Source: a virus. From it: DNA of 62,495 nucleotides. The notes under the pieces were generated by a model that saw only the letters and a list, made by a program, of their open reading frames with translations, made no database searches and was not told the origin of the DNA. Location: the IMG/VR virus record IMGVR_UViG_3300022670_000211, positions 1-62,495 of that record; one strand, written 5' to 3'. The translations under genes and the position numbers were made by a program. Below are positions 35,000-45,232 of this stretch, piece by piece (within the stretch, counting starts at the first letter, position 1; the number at the start of each line of letters is the position of its first letter).

Positions 35000-35455
35000 A
35001 TGGCTATTGGAGCAGATTCCGCGATAGAGTTCTTCGGAACTCAAGATACGTTAGGCACTTCCAGTGGGACTGTTGCCGATGACGCTTTTAGCATAGCGGG
35101 TGACTTGAGTACTTGGACTAACGACGACGACGCGCCTACAGCTAGTGTGACGCTATTTGTCGATTACTCTGTAGCGCCTACCGCTAATACGGCTATTAAT
35201 TTGTATCTTAGACTGCTGAATACTCAATCGACTAACGATTCTGACGTACCGGACGCAAACTTTCAACACTTCTACGTTGGTAGTTTTCCGGTAAATGACG
35301 TAACAACTAATCAGTATGTGACAATTGATATCGGTTTACCTAATGGTAAAACTTCTCAAGAGTACGAATTTTACATAGAAAATAAGACAGGCCAAACTAT
35401 CCAGGCAAGCTGGGACATATTTGTAACGCCTAAAACTATCGGCCCTCACGCTTAG
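35000..35455 (+). CDS. hypothetical protein (151 aa)
   Basis: ORF. Confidence 0.6.
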   Translation: MAIGADSAIEFFGTQDTLGTSSGTVADDAFSIAGDLSTWTNDDDAPTASVTLFVDYSVAPTANTAINLYLRLLNTQSTNDSDVPDANFQHFYVGSFPVNDVTTNQYVTIDIGLPNGKTSQEYEFYIENKTGQTIQASWDIFVTPKTIGPHA

Positions 35456-35466
35456 GGTACTAAACA

Positions 35467-36273
35467 ATGACTCTTTACACATTACCTAAAAAGTTTCATC
35501 CTGATTTTAGACAGCCTAATAAGCAACCTAGGACATTAGTTGAATGTGACCCTAGATTCGGCAAGACTAAGTGCTACCTACCAACACCGTCAGGAGTCTT
35601 AGATATCTCCAAAGGCGAGATAGTACCTTATGAGAATATGTCACATAAAATTGACTTGGGTGGTGTTGTAACTAACCCTACAGGCTCTAATAGTGTTGTA
35701 GAGATACCAACAGAAGGGATGAATAAAGATTCTGGTGCATGGCTTATCAGACTAAAAAGGGATTCATCAGGTACGACAAACTATTTAATGGACTCTACGG
35801 GTACTAGACATATATTTTTGTTTACTAGCGCATCTACGCTTCAATACTTTACAAACACGGGAATAAGAATAAACACCAGTACCTCGGGTTTTCCGCCTTT
35901 TGGCGAATATTTTAACATGGCTATAACATGGCCTGAGTCTGAGTTATGGATCAACGGTAGCCTGATTGTTACGGGTACGTCAGGGGCTCCAACTGGTCTA
36001 GGAACTAATTATACACTTTCAAATAGATTTACAAAGAATGAGCCGCTTTTAGGTTCTATTGCTTTATTTGCTATATTGGACAACAAAGGTAAAGGTAGTG
36101 TAAAGCAGTTAACGACTGACCCGTACCAGATACTAAAACCAGTCACGCCAGTCGTGTACTTTACCGCGGATGGTGCTCCGCCAAGTGGTAGAATAATGGG
36201 TAGTTTAGCGAATAAAGGCGGATTAGCGGGGCTTGGTGGTATCGCCGGTCCTGGTGGCGGATTAGCAGGATAA
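35467..36273 (+). CDS. virion protein with a possible LamG/ConA-like jelly-roll and a Gly-rich tail
   Basis: NMAITWPESELWINGSLIV-type segment; C-terminal GGLAGLGGIAGPGGGLAG. Confidence 0.45.
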   Translation: MTLYTLPKKFHPDFRQPNKQPRTLVECDPRFGKTKCYLPTPSGVLDISKGEIVPYENMSHKIDLGGVVTNPTGSNSVVEIPTEGMNKDSGAWLIRLKRDSSGTTNYLMDSTGTRHIFLFTSASTLQYFTNTGIRINTSTSGFPPFGEYFNMAITWPESELWINGSLIVTGTSGAPTGLGTNYTLSNRFTKNEPLLGSIALFAILDNKGKGSVKQLTTDPYQILKPVTPVVYFTADGAPPSGRIMGSLANKGGLAGLGGIAGPGGGLAG

Positions 36274-36279
36274 AATATT

Positions 36280-38745
36280 ATGAGCAGAGATAGAACAGTT
36301 GGCGATACCTTTTTTATCGCTTTCACAACAAGGGCTTTCGCCACTGGTATTCCTACAGTCTTAGCAGGTACGCCGGTAGTATCAGCCTATGAAGACGCCG
36401 GATTAACTCAAATAACGGCGGGTATTACCCTAGGTGTCGATCACGACGGTGTGGTCGGTATGAATATGCTTACTATTGTCGCTACAGGCGGTAACGGTTT
36501 CGAGTCAGGGAAAGATTATAATTTAGCACTAACTGCCGGTACCGTAGGTGGCGTTTCAGTTGTTGGTGAAATCGTAGGCCAATTCTCACTAGGCTTATCC
36601 GCTGCTGCCGTAGATTTAGCGAATGGTACAGACGGCCTTACAGCCTTAAAAACTGGGCTCGATGACGTTCCAACAGTCTCAGAATTTAACGCGAGGACTT
36701 TAGTAGCTGCAAGTTACTTTGATCCCGCAGCCGACGCCGTAGCAAACGTCACGTTAACAGCGACCACGACTGCAGTAACCAACCAAGTTACCGCTAACAT
36801 GACCGCGATATCAGGTGATTCTACCGCGGCAGATAATTTAGAGGCTATGTACGATGGTAGTGGCTATATCGACGATACTGCGCCAGCTTCACGGTCCCAG
36901 GTTGACAATATTAGTGTTATCGGTGGTGGTGCCGTTAACTTTAACCCTGAAAGTTCTAACGTTACCGGTGCGATAAAATCGATAACTTTTGTCGGTGTTC
37001 AGACCTCAGGAACTTTTGCAGATACCTTCACGCTTAATAGCGTTTTCCACGTTATAGACGATACGACTAACGAAATTGATCTCGTTTATAGTATTGACGT
37101 TACGGCTGTTAACTTAGCCTCAGAAGTTATTATCGCGGGTTTCTTGAATAGCGGTAATGATGAAATGAATATCCTAGCCTATGATTTTGTAGGTGTAGCT
37201 TGGGAGCAAATAGAAACCTTAGAAGGCCAAGGCGGGTCTTCTAACGTCACCATAACCGCGCCGTTATTAGTGCGTCATACTGGTACTACAGGCGCTGATA
37301 CGGGTAAGGTTCTAATTCGTATTCAGAATACCGGTCAATCAAACCCTACACTACAAATAGATAGATTAATTGTCCAAGCAGTATCTAACATAACTACATT
37401 AGGTTTTGTTGACGGTGCTGTATGGGTTAACACTCTAAATGGGACTAGTGGTACTGCTGAGGGAGTGGGGTTTATCGACAATCCGTCGGATAATTTAGCT
37501 GATGCGTATACGATTGCGACGGCTAATAACTTAACAAGATTCCAAATAGCCACCGGGTCTGCTGTAACGCTACCGGCGACGTCATCAGCCCGTGAGATAA
37601 TGGGTCAAAAATATACCGTAGCACTTAACAGTGCTGATATTAACGGGACTACAATTACGGGGTCCTCAGCTATAACAGGTATCGGTAATTGTTCAACGAC
37701 TGCAGCGTCGTTCTTTTCTTGCGGTATCGGTGACGTAACTATAGACCCCTGTAATGGTTTTGAATGTGGGTTCTTTGGTACCTTTACGCTTCGAAGTGAA
37801 GGTGTATATGTATTCGGCGGTAGTGCTGCGCTTACTGCGCCTGGTTTAGGTATGGTCATTGACTTTGGATCTGGCTTAAACGCGTCGTCATGGTCTATGC
37901 AGTCATGGGGTGGTGGTACTATAGAAGTTCAAAATATGGGCGCTGGTACCGGGTCTTATAATATGGAGGCTAGTGGCTGGGGTGATTTCACTATCAACGC
38001 CAACTGTAGCGCGACCTCTACTGTAGATTTACACGGTAACTTTGTTCTAACGAATAATGCGAGCGGTATAACCGTAACTGAAGATGCTAATTATATGGAA
38101 AGTATATTAGTAGATGCGGTCTTAGACGAGGCATTAAGTGGTCACACTTCCGCAGGTTCTTTAGGTAAAGCGGTTACTGATATCGAAACGGATGCGACAG
38201 CTATTTTAGCCGATACTACCGAAATCGGCACCGCTGGCGCTGGTTTAACAGACCTTGGTGGTATGTCAACAGGTATGAAAGCCGAAGTGAATGTAGAAGC
38301 GGACACGGCGCTAACTGATTATGATGGCCCGACTAACGCAGAAATGGAGGCGAGAACCTTAGTAGCTGCTAGTTACTTTGACCCCGCTGCCGATGCTGTG
38401 GCAAACGTTACTTTAGTAGCGACCACTACCGACGTAACGAACCAAGTTACAGCAAACGTAACAGCGATTAGCGGTGACAGTGCAGCCGCGGATAGCCTAG
38501 AAGCTTCATTAGAAACTTTAGTTACTGGTACCGCTACTGGCGTACCGACTACGACTACCATGGCAGACAGCACGTTAACCGAAGCAACCGACGATCACTT
38601 TAACGGACGTGTAATTATTTGGAGAACTGGCGCTTTAAAACAACAAGCCACAGATATCACAAGTTATAACGGTACCACTAAAACGTTCACCTTTACGGCT
38701 ACGACTAACGCAGCTAGCGCCGGTGATGCGTATGTGATCGTCTAA
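36280..38745 (+). CDS. tail fibre or spike protein (821 aa) with an internal 52-aa duplication
   Basis: ARTLVAASYFDPAADAVANVTL.ATTT.VTNQVTAN.TAISGDS.AAD.LEA occurs twice. Confidence 0.6.
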   Translation: MSRDRTVGDTFFIAFTTRAFATGIPTVLAGTPVVSAYEDAGLTQITAGITLGVDHDGVVGMNMLTIVATGGNGFESGKDYNLALTAGTVGGVSVVGEIVGQFSLGLSAAAVDLANGTDGLTALKTGLDDVPTVSEFNARTLVAASYFDPAADAVANVTLTATTTAVTNQVTANMTAISGDSTAADNLEAMYDGSGYIDDTAPASRSQVDNISVIGGGAVNFNPESSNVTGAIKSITFVGVQTSGTFADTFTLNSVFHVIDDTTNEIDLVYSIDVTAVNLASEVIIAGFLNSGNDEMNILAYDFVGVAWEQIETLEGQGGSSNVTITAPLLVRHTGTTGADTGKVLIRIQNTGQSNPTLQIDRLIVQAVSNITTLGFVDGAVWVNTLNGTSGTAEGVGFIDNPSDNLADAYTIATANNLTRFQIATGSAVTLPATSSAREIMGQKYTVALNSADINGTTITGSSAITGIGNCSTTAASFFSCGIGDVTIDPCNGFECGFFGTFTLRSEGVYVFGGSAALTAPGLGMVIDFGSGLNASSWSMQSWGGGTIEVQNMGAGTGSYNMEASGWGDFTINANCSATSTVDLHGNFVLTNNASGITVTEDANYMESILVDAVLDEALSGHTSAGSLGKAVTDIETDATAILADTTEIGTAGAGLTDLGGMSTGMKAEVNVEADTALTDYDGPTNAEMEARTLVAASYFDPAADAVANVTLVATTTDVTNQVTANVTAISGDSAAADSLEASLETLVTGTATGVPTTTTMADSTLTEATDDHFNGRVIIWRTGALKQQATDITSYNGTTKTFTFTATTNAASAGDAYVIV
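36691..36846 (+). repeat. Duplicated segment copy 1 (partner at 38350-38505)
   Basis: Roughly 85 percent aa identity and roughly 75 percent nt identity to its partner, estimated by eye. Confidence 0.8.
38350..38505 (+). repeat. Duplicated segment copy 2 (partner at 36691-36846)
   Basis: See copy 1. Confidence 0.8.
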
Positions 38746-38963
38746 TGGCTACTACTCGCTTAGGACTATATGGTGGCCCACGGGCTCCCTATGGTTCTTT
38801 TGCAGGGAAAACTTTAGAAGTAATCATACCTGATGCGGCGGTACCGGAACAATTTGGTAAAAAATGGTATGAGTTAGAACGTGAAAGACTTAGTTTACAA
38901 ATGCGCCAAGAAGACGAAGAAATATTAGCGTTAATTCAAATTATAGGAAAATTTTTATTATGA
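38745..38963 (+). CDS. hypothetical protein (72 aa)
   Basis: ORF, ATGA-type coupling. Confidence 0.5.
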   Translation: MATTRLGLYGGPRAPYGSFAGKTLEVIIPDAAVPEQFGKKWYELERERLSLQMRQEDEEILALIQIIGKFLL

Positions 38964-41857
38964 GCCGACTATCATCATGTATGAAAAAAGCCGGTAAAGC
39001 GCTAAGCAAAGCCGACGTAGATAATTTAACTAAAGTAACCAATCAGCATATGGAGGACGGCGACACGCATGTCGTAGCCGCCACTAAAGCTGTTGAAGAT
39101 ATGGTGCGTTCTTCTCAAAAAATTGTAGCTGGCTACGAGAAAGAGATCACGGATAAAGGCGGCGACGTTCAAGCCGCAGACTTTAACCTTAACGACGAGA
39201 TCAGTTTTGCCAAAGGTACATTTAAGCCTAAGGGTGTCGAGTCTAAATTAGATAAAATGATCGCTAAGAAAACTCGTAAACCTATCAAAGTTAAAAGAGA
39301 TATGACTAAAGATGAAGTTTTTGTCGAGTTCATGGATCAAGAAGGTTTCACCGAAGAAGAAGCAGCCGTCATTAAAAAAGGTGGCTTCGGTACTCAGTCT
39401 ATCGGCGAGAAGGTCAAAAAACGTGTATTGAAAGTTAACAAAAATGCCAAGACTAGATTTAGACAAGCGGTCGTTGATCAATATGCTTCATTTAAAGAGC
39501 TAATGGGCGACGATCGGTCCTGGATGTTGGCGCATCTTACCAGTTCTGCGCCTGGGGCTATCGAAGCAACGATGCACCATGGCCAGCCTAAGCTAGATAA
39601 ATCCGGCGTTATTACTGTCGACACTAAGAAAAAGAGCTTAGACCAAGTATTAGAACAACTTGGACCGGATCTTGATAAGTGGACGTACTGGATGGCTGGC
39701 AACCGTTCGAATCGATTAATCGCCGAAGGTAAAGAAAACTTATTCGAACAAGCGGATATCGATATCTTAATGGGTCTGGATAAAGGTAAAGAAAAACTCT
39801 TTGAGAAAGTTAGACAAGATTTTGAAGAATTAAACAACGCGGTCGTAAAAATAGCGGTCGACAGTGGCTTAGTTAATGCCGAAGAAGCCGAACAGTGGGC
39901 AGAAGAAGGCTTTTATCTGCCGTTCTATCGCGTACTGGACGACGGCGAGCCCGCATCCGGTCCAAGGGCTCTAGGTAAAGCTGGGCTCGTTAGACAGCAA
40001 GCATTTAAAAAGTTAAAAGGTGGCGAAGCTCAACTAGCCGACTTGATGACGAATGCTGTTCTAAACTGGAATCATTTAATATCTGCCTCATTAAAAAATC
40101 AAGCGGCTACTGCAGCGATAAATACTGCAGTTGAATTAGGCGCGGCTGAGTTAGTATCATTCGAAAACAAAAGCAAAAATGCGGTCTTTATTCGTGAGGA
40201 CGGTAACGAGGTTTGGTATGAAGTTAGTGAACCGTTAGTATTAGAGTCAATGATGGCGCTTAACTGGGATGGTCTCAATGGTCCGGTTATGGATATCATG
40301 CGGTCGTTTAAACGTGCTCTAACTATTGGCGTTACTGCTAGCCCTGAATTTAAAGCACGTAACTTAATACGAGATTCTATTCACGCCATGGCGGTTACTG
40401 ATACCAGCGCTAATATTTTTAAGAATTTAGCCATGGGTTTCAAAGCCACGGCTAAAGATAGTGATGTTAAGGCGCAAATGCTATCGAGTGGCGCTAGCTT
40501 TGGTCAGTCTGGTTATATTCACGGTAGCGACCCTGCAGCGATAACAAAATTAGTTAAAAAAGGTATGACCGAAGCTCAAGTAAAAGCGACGATTTTAGAT
40601 ACACCTAAAAAATTAGCTAAAGTTTGGGATGCTTACCAAGATTTCGGCGCAAGGTTAGAAAACGTTAACCGTGCGGCTGATTACTCGCAAGCGCTAGAAC
40701 GAGGTGAGAGCTTATTAAAGGCTACATTCGGTTCGCGTGACCACTTAGACTTTACTCGGACCGGTACGTCTAATTTAGTACGTTTTATTGCTCATACGGT
40801 GCCATTTGTTAACGCTCGACTGCAAGGTTTAGATAAAGCAGCTCGCGCGGCCCCTGGGACCTTTAAGGATTGGATGAACCCTAAAGAAGCTGCCAAGTTT
40901 AAAGCAGTTATCGGCGTTTACTCCCTAATGTCAGTCGGTTTATATCTCGCCATGAAAGACGACGACGATTATAAAGAAGCCGAAGAATGGGAAAAACGTA
41001 CCTATCATCTATTAAAAATACCGGGCGACGATACTATGTACCGCATCCCGAGACCTTTCGAAGTTGGCGCGATTGCGTATATCGCTGAATCGATAGCTCA
41101 ACAAATGGTCGACGATAAAGCCCACGGCGCGTTATTCGCTGAGCGTTTAGGTCATACGTTAACCGATACGTTTGCCATGAACCCGATCCCTCAGTTATTT
41201 AAACCTGGGGGCGAGATTGCCATGAATAAAAACATGTTTACGGGCAGACCTATCGAGTCACAAGCAATGAAAAGCTTGTCGCCTGAAAACAGAAAAAGAG
41301 CCTGGACCAGTGAAACCGCGATATGGGCGTCTGAAACTATGGCCGATATAGTATGGGCCGACGTTACTTTATCACCGGTACAAATTGAACATCTAGTACA
41401 AGGTTATCTAGGCTGGGCCGGCGCTCAAACTTTATCCGCTGTTGATATGCTTATTACTCGTCCGCTTACCGACGCACCGGCAGCGCCGACGACTAAGTTT
41501 ACTGAGTACCCGCTAATAAAAGCTTTTGTGAAAACGTCGCCGTCTAAGAATACTCATTATACGACCATGTTTTATAAGCGCCTTGAAGAGATCAACAATG
41601 CTTATGCTGATATTAACGAGGCTAAAAAGATTAAAGACTTTGATAAAGCCCGTGAGCTTATTGACAAAAATAAAGACGCCTTGAAACGTCGTAGATTTTA
41701 CAATAAAGCTCGAGCTAAGATCACTAAGATTAATCAGCGCATGAAACTTGTCCGTTTAAGTTCTATGTCTGCAGATAATAAGCGCGCTGAGCTTGATAGA
41801 CTAACGTTTTCTAAAAATGAATTGACTAAAAGAGTATTTGAAAAGGATGACAGATAG
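38960..41857 (+). CDS. large virion-associated protein (965 aa), function unknown
   Basis: ORF, last gene of the late block; I recognised no catalytic motif. Confidence 0.6.
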   Translation: MSRLSSCMKKAGKALSKADVDNLTKVTNQHMEDGDTHVVAATKAVEDMVRSSQKIVAGYEKEITDKGGDVQAADFNLNDEISFAKGTFKPKGVESKLDKMIAKKTRKPIKVKRDMTKDEVFVEFMDQEGFTEEEAAVIKKGGFGTQSIGEKVKKRVLKVNKNAKTRFRQAVVDQYASFKELMGDDRSWMLAHLTSSAPGAIEATMHHGQPKLDKSGVITVDTKKKSLDQVLEQLGPDLDKWTYWMAGNRSNRLIAEGKENLFEQADIDILMGLDKGKEKLFEKVRQDFEELNNAVVKIAVDSGLVNAEEAEQWAEEGFYLPFYRVLDDGEPASGPRALGKAGLVRQQAFKKLKGGEAQLADLMTNAVLNWNHLISASLKNQAATAAINTAVELGAAELVSFENKSKNAVFIREDGNEVWYEVSEPLVLESMMALNWDGLNGPVMDIMRSFKRALTIGVTASPEFKARNLIRDSIHAMAVTDTSANIFKNLAMGFKATAKDSDVKAQMLSSGASFGQSGYIHGSDPAAITKLVKKGMTEAQVKATILDTPKKLAKVWDAYQDFGARLENVNRAADYSQALERGESLLKATFGSRDHLDFTRTGTSNLVRFIAHTVPFVNARLQGLDKAARAAPGTFKDWMNPKEAAKFKAVIGVYSLMSVGLYLAMKDDDDYKEAEEWEKRTYHLLKIPGDDTMYRIPRPFEVGAIAYIAESIAQQMVDDKAHGALFAERLGHTLTDTFAMNPIPQLFKPGGEIAMNKNMFTGRPIESQAMKSLSPENRKRAWTSETAIWASETMADIVWADVTLSPVQIEHLVQGYLGWAGAQTLSAVDMLITRPLTDAPAAPTTKFTEYPLIKAFVKTSPSKNTHYTTMFYKRLEEINNAYADINEAKKIKDFDKARELIDKNKDALKRRRFYNKARAKITKINQRMKLVRLSSMSADNKRAELDRLTFSKNELTKRVFEKDDR

Positions 41858-41903
41858 TAACCAGTACTGGTTACTATCGCTAAAGTAACCCCTACTGGTT
41901 ACT
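41856..41903. terminator. Twin palindromes GTAACCnnTACTGGTTAC at the convergent gene junction
   Basis: agtaaccagtactggttact (41856-41875) and agtaacccctactggttact (41884-41903); no clear U-tract. Confidence 0.45.
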
Positions 41904-43073
41904 TTCTACCATTTGAACAGTTACGCAAACTTGAGATATCTCGCCGTACACTTTATGCCAAGTTTCCGCGGTTATACTTCTACCAGCGATATACCCACCA
42001 CCAGCCGCGAAAGCGTCTTTACCTGCTAAGGTCCGGTAAGTCTGCATTTCACATATCGCATTTTCTTCGAAAGATTTATGATGAACATGACCCATATAGA
42101 TTTTACGGTGCATGGTCTTGATGTGATTATCCATGATTTGTTTAGCGAACAACTGGTATAAGCGGTCGCCTTTTATCTGGTGGCCATGATGTGACATAAA
42201 GTAGCATTGACCATGCTGCCAGAAAAATACATTACCAGCGTTGTTACCGATAGTAACGCGGGGCTCGTCGGCGAATAGTACGCTTAGCATTTCTTGCATC
42301 CAAATAGATCCAACGTCGTTATGGTTGCCTACTTCTGGTCTAAAAATAACGTGCTCAAATTTTACTAAAGCCGCTTGAATGTAATAAAGCACAATGCGGA
42401 TCGCAACACGAACCACTTTATGATACCGACTATCCATATCGAGGACGTTACCGCTGCGGGCTGTCTTGCCTTCTAAATTATCCGAGTGCATGAAGTCACC
42501 TAAGTCGATAATAGTGCAATGCTTAGCTGCTGGCGTTTGTGCTATCAGCATATCAATAGCTTTACAGTGAAGTGCTTTAGCTACTTTGAGATCATATTTA
42601 TCTTTAGTCTCTTCCTCCCATGACAACATACCGATATGCGCGTCACCGATTGGTATATTAACCATTAGGTCGTCTTCAAGTGCTGCGACTGGTGGTGGGG
42701 TTAGTGGTATTGGCCCTACGCCTTCAAGTAGTTCGGCTGATAATTCCTTGAGCATTTCAAGTATTTTCTCGCGTTCTGGCTCTTGGATCACCCACTGGTT
42801 AGCTAGTTCGCCATCGCGGAAGTAACTAGATATCCGCTTGATGGCAAAACCTTCGGCGGCTGTCTTAGTCATCGACGCATATGGAGCGATACCTTTTTTA
42901 GCTGCAGATTTTAGTAATCGACTAAGACGCCGTGATACATTAGACGAGGCTACACCTAGTTCTTTCGCCGCGTCCCTGTCCGTATCATGACGGCGCACTA
43001 CATCAACAAACTTTTTGTGTTCGTCGCTTAGTGTTTCATAAAGGGTCTCGTCTACTAAATGTATCTGTCGCAT
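41892..43073 (-). CDS. HTH domain fused to a calcineurin-like metallophosphoesterase
   Basis: N-terminal AAKELGVASSNVSRRLSRL (sigma-r4/LuxR-like HTH); MPE motifs IGDAHIG, DLGDFMHSD, GNHND, HGH and GHVH. Confidence 0.75.
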   Translation of the reverse strand: MRQIHLVDETLYETLSDEHKKFVDVVRRHDTDRDAAKELGVASSNVSRRLSRLLKSAAKKGIAPYASMTKTAAEGFAIKRISSYFRDGELANQWVIQEPEREKILEMLKELSAELLEGVGPIPLTPPPVAALEDDLMVNIPIGDAHIGMLSWEEETKDKYDLKVAKALHCKAIDMLIAQTPAAKHCTIIDLGDFMHSDNLEGKTARSGNVLDMDSRYHKVVRVAIRIVLYYIQAALVKFEHVIFRPEVGNHNDVGSIWMQEMLSVLFADEPRVTIGNNAGNVFFWQHGQCYFMSHHGHQIKGDRLYQLFAKQIMDNHIKTMHRKIYMGHVHHKSFEENAICEMQTYRTLAGKDAFAAGGGYIAGRSITAETWHKVYGEISQVCVTVQMVESNQ

Positions 43074-43103
43074 GGCGTTTTCTCCGGTTATGTGGGTGTG
43101 TAA

Positions 43104-45161
43104 TTACTTACCGTATACTAGCATAACTTCGGGCTTAGCTACTAATGGCAAGCCTTTCAGCCAATCCGGTACATATTCCATTATCTCTTGCAGCAATTCT
43201 AAAGCTCGTTCTACTTGGTCTTCGTCAACTTCTAGTATTATTTCATCGTGAACGTGGAAAATTACTGGTAATTCTTCCTCTTCACAGTCTGCGACACAAT
43301 CTCGTAATCTTATGGCGCATGTAGCCTGGACCACGTTTTCGATAAAGATCCCACGCCATAATCCGTGCCGAGCCCATTCTTTCGAGTCAGCTCTTGGGGT
43401 GAATGCGGCTTTTAATGCGGTCAATTGTGGTCTGAATTCTGTTTCATCCCACGGTACCGCTTTCATTTCAAAACGGCATTCAGGGTATCTAAGCTTACTT
43501 TTACCGTCCGGCAGCGTACAATATAGCGCGCCGTCGTCGCTATGGAATTTATAGCTAACCTTACCCGCGACTTGTACGGTATCAGGGTACTTAACCGCAT
43601 TATGAGCAGCTTTTAACAATGCGTCAGCATAAGCAACGATTTTAGGATGCTTTGCGCGATAGCCTTTTACTATCTCTTCCTCTTTTTTCGGGTCGATATA
43701 AATATGGTACTGAGCAGCCATAGATTTTAGAGCGCCGACACCGCCAAGGAAACCACAGGCTAGATCCACAACTTTACCTACGCCACGTTCGTATGGGTCA
43801 GCCTCTTTAGTAATTTTCCTACCGTAGACACCCTCTGCAGCGTATTCGTAAGGGCAGTCGCCACGGATAAACATATCTAATTTACTTTGCTCACCAGATA
43901 CCCACGCATTCATTCGACTTTCTACCGCGTTCCAATCACCCACGACGAATACTTTACCTTTCGCTGGAATGATGGCACCACGTAATAACTTACCTAGCGT
44001 GTCCATCACTGGGACGTACTCGCCAGCCATATCTTTTAGTAAGCGACCTTCAAGCATTTGTTGTCTAAGGTGCATTACTTCCTCATAACTAAAGGCGTCA
44101 CGGCGAAAGTTATGTACTTGCAGGTCCATCGAGCTATATCTAGTAGTCGAAGCAGCCCCGGCATAGCGTAAGACCCCTCTAACTCTATCGTCGTCAGGAT
44201 CGGCTTTTAAGTCCATCTTAGCGAACTTGGAAACTGCCGAGCCGCCAGCGTCGGTCATTAGGTTTAATACTGTAAATACGTCATGTGGTAGACGGAAGAT
44301 ATTTTCTTTATTACCGGCTAGCATATTCATACGGACGTTTTTATCGGCTGAATATTTTTTCAGTGTTTCCTTAGTTTCTTTATCGGTTTTATACCGGATC
44401 ATAATTTTTACAACATCATGCAAGTCTGCCGCTTCTAACTTTTCACGTAGCCAAGTAGCAACGCGCTTATACTGAGTACATTTAGTGACGACTTTACGTG
44501 TGACTTTTTCAAGCTTCTTGTTAATCTCTGCGCGTTCCGCTTCGGCGTATTGGCTAGCGGCCCTGGCTAACTCGCGGTCAATTTTGATCCCGCGGTTGTT
44601 GATAATTTCGTTTAGGTGATAATCTTCTAGCTGGCGTTCGGTCATTTCGGGAACTGAGCGCGCTACTTTATCCATGACAACAAAATCTTGTAAGCAGTAA
44701 GCGCCAAGGTCGGCGTAATCTTGAGGGTCTTCGCTAAATGGGGGTATACAGCATTTTTTAATTAATGCGGTACCATTCGCCGACTTGCGTACTTTTAGCT
44801 TTAATGCTTTGGCTGCTTTGTCTAAAGCGCTGGGTAATCCCGCTAATCGGGTTTGTGCTTGAGTGCAGTACCATTGTTTTAATGGAACTTCGGGGAAATC
44901 GTGGTCTTCAACACAAACATAATCCCATATTTCACGGTCAAATTTTGCATTGGATGCGCCGACTAAACCGCCCGCGGCGAAATGGTCTGCTAGTTCTTGG
45001 GGGCATGGCTCGCCATTCCACCATAGTTTACCTTTACCACCTTTAGGACCCCAACTCATACAGATAGCTTTAGTGCTTTCATCTGAGGTGTAACCGGGGT
45101 TTGAAATATGGAGTTTTGATTGTGTTTCGAAATCTAATAAATAAGGATTCGTAGGGATCAT
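43104..45161 (-). CDS. polA: family A DNA polymerase with a 3'-5' exonuclease domain
   Basis: Exo I LLDFETQS; pol motif A VVGDWNAVESR; motif B RGVGKVVDLACGFLGG; motif C FHVHDEII. Confidence 0.9.
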   Translation of the reverse strand: MIPTNPYLLDFETQSKLHISNPGYTSDESTKAICMSWGPKGGKGKLWWNGEPCPQELADHFAAGGLVGASNAKFDREIWDYVCVEDHDFPEVPLKQWYCTQAQTRLAGLPSALDKAAKALKLKVRKSANGTALIKKCCIPPFSEDPQDYADLGAYCLQDFVVMDKVARSVPEMTERQLEDYHLNEIINNRGIKIDRELARAASQYAEAERAEINKKLEKVTRKVVTKCTQYKRVATWLREKLEAADLHDVVKIMIRYKTDKETKETLKKYSADKNVRMNMLAGNKENIFRLPHDVFTVLNLMTDAGGSAVSKFAKMDLKADPDDDRVRGVLRYAGAASTTRYSSMDLQVHNFRRDAFSYEEVMHLRQQMLEGRLLKDMAGEYVPVMDTLGKLLRGAIIPAKGKVFVVGDWNAVESRMNAWVSGEQSKLDMFIRGDCPYEYAAEGVYGRKITKEADPYERGVGKVVDLACGFLGGVGALKSMAAQYHIYIDPKKEEEIVKGYRAKHPKIVAYADALLKAAHNAVKYPDTVQVAGKVSYKFHSDDGALYCTLPDGKSKLRYPECRFEMKAVPWDETEFRPQLTALKAAFTPRADSKEWARHGLWRGIFIENVVQATCAIRLRDCVADCEEEELPVIFHVHDEIILEVDEDQVERALELLQEIMEYVPDWLKGLPLVAKPEVMLVYGK

Positions 45162-45174
45162 GATAGCCGCCTTA

Positions 45175-45212
45175 GTTGATTAAAAATAAAAGCGCCGGTC
45201 CCTGGCGCTTTT
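45175..45212 (-). terminator. Rho-independent terminator or attenuator upstream of the polymerase gene
   Basis: Minus sense reads AAAAGCGCC-agggacc-GGCGCTTTT followed by ATTTTTAATC. Confidence 0.7.
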
Positions 45213-45232
45213 GGATCTGCATCAACTAGTTT

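Noticed and set aside
38960-41857. Whether the 965-aa late protein is a virion RNA polymerase that could read the cassette 'promoters'
   Set aside because: I could not find T7-type motifs (DxxxSG..QH, HDSFG) or two-barrel DxDGD-type motifs. It remains simply unassigned.
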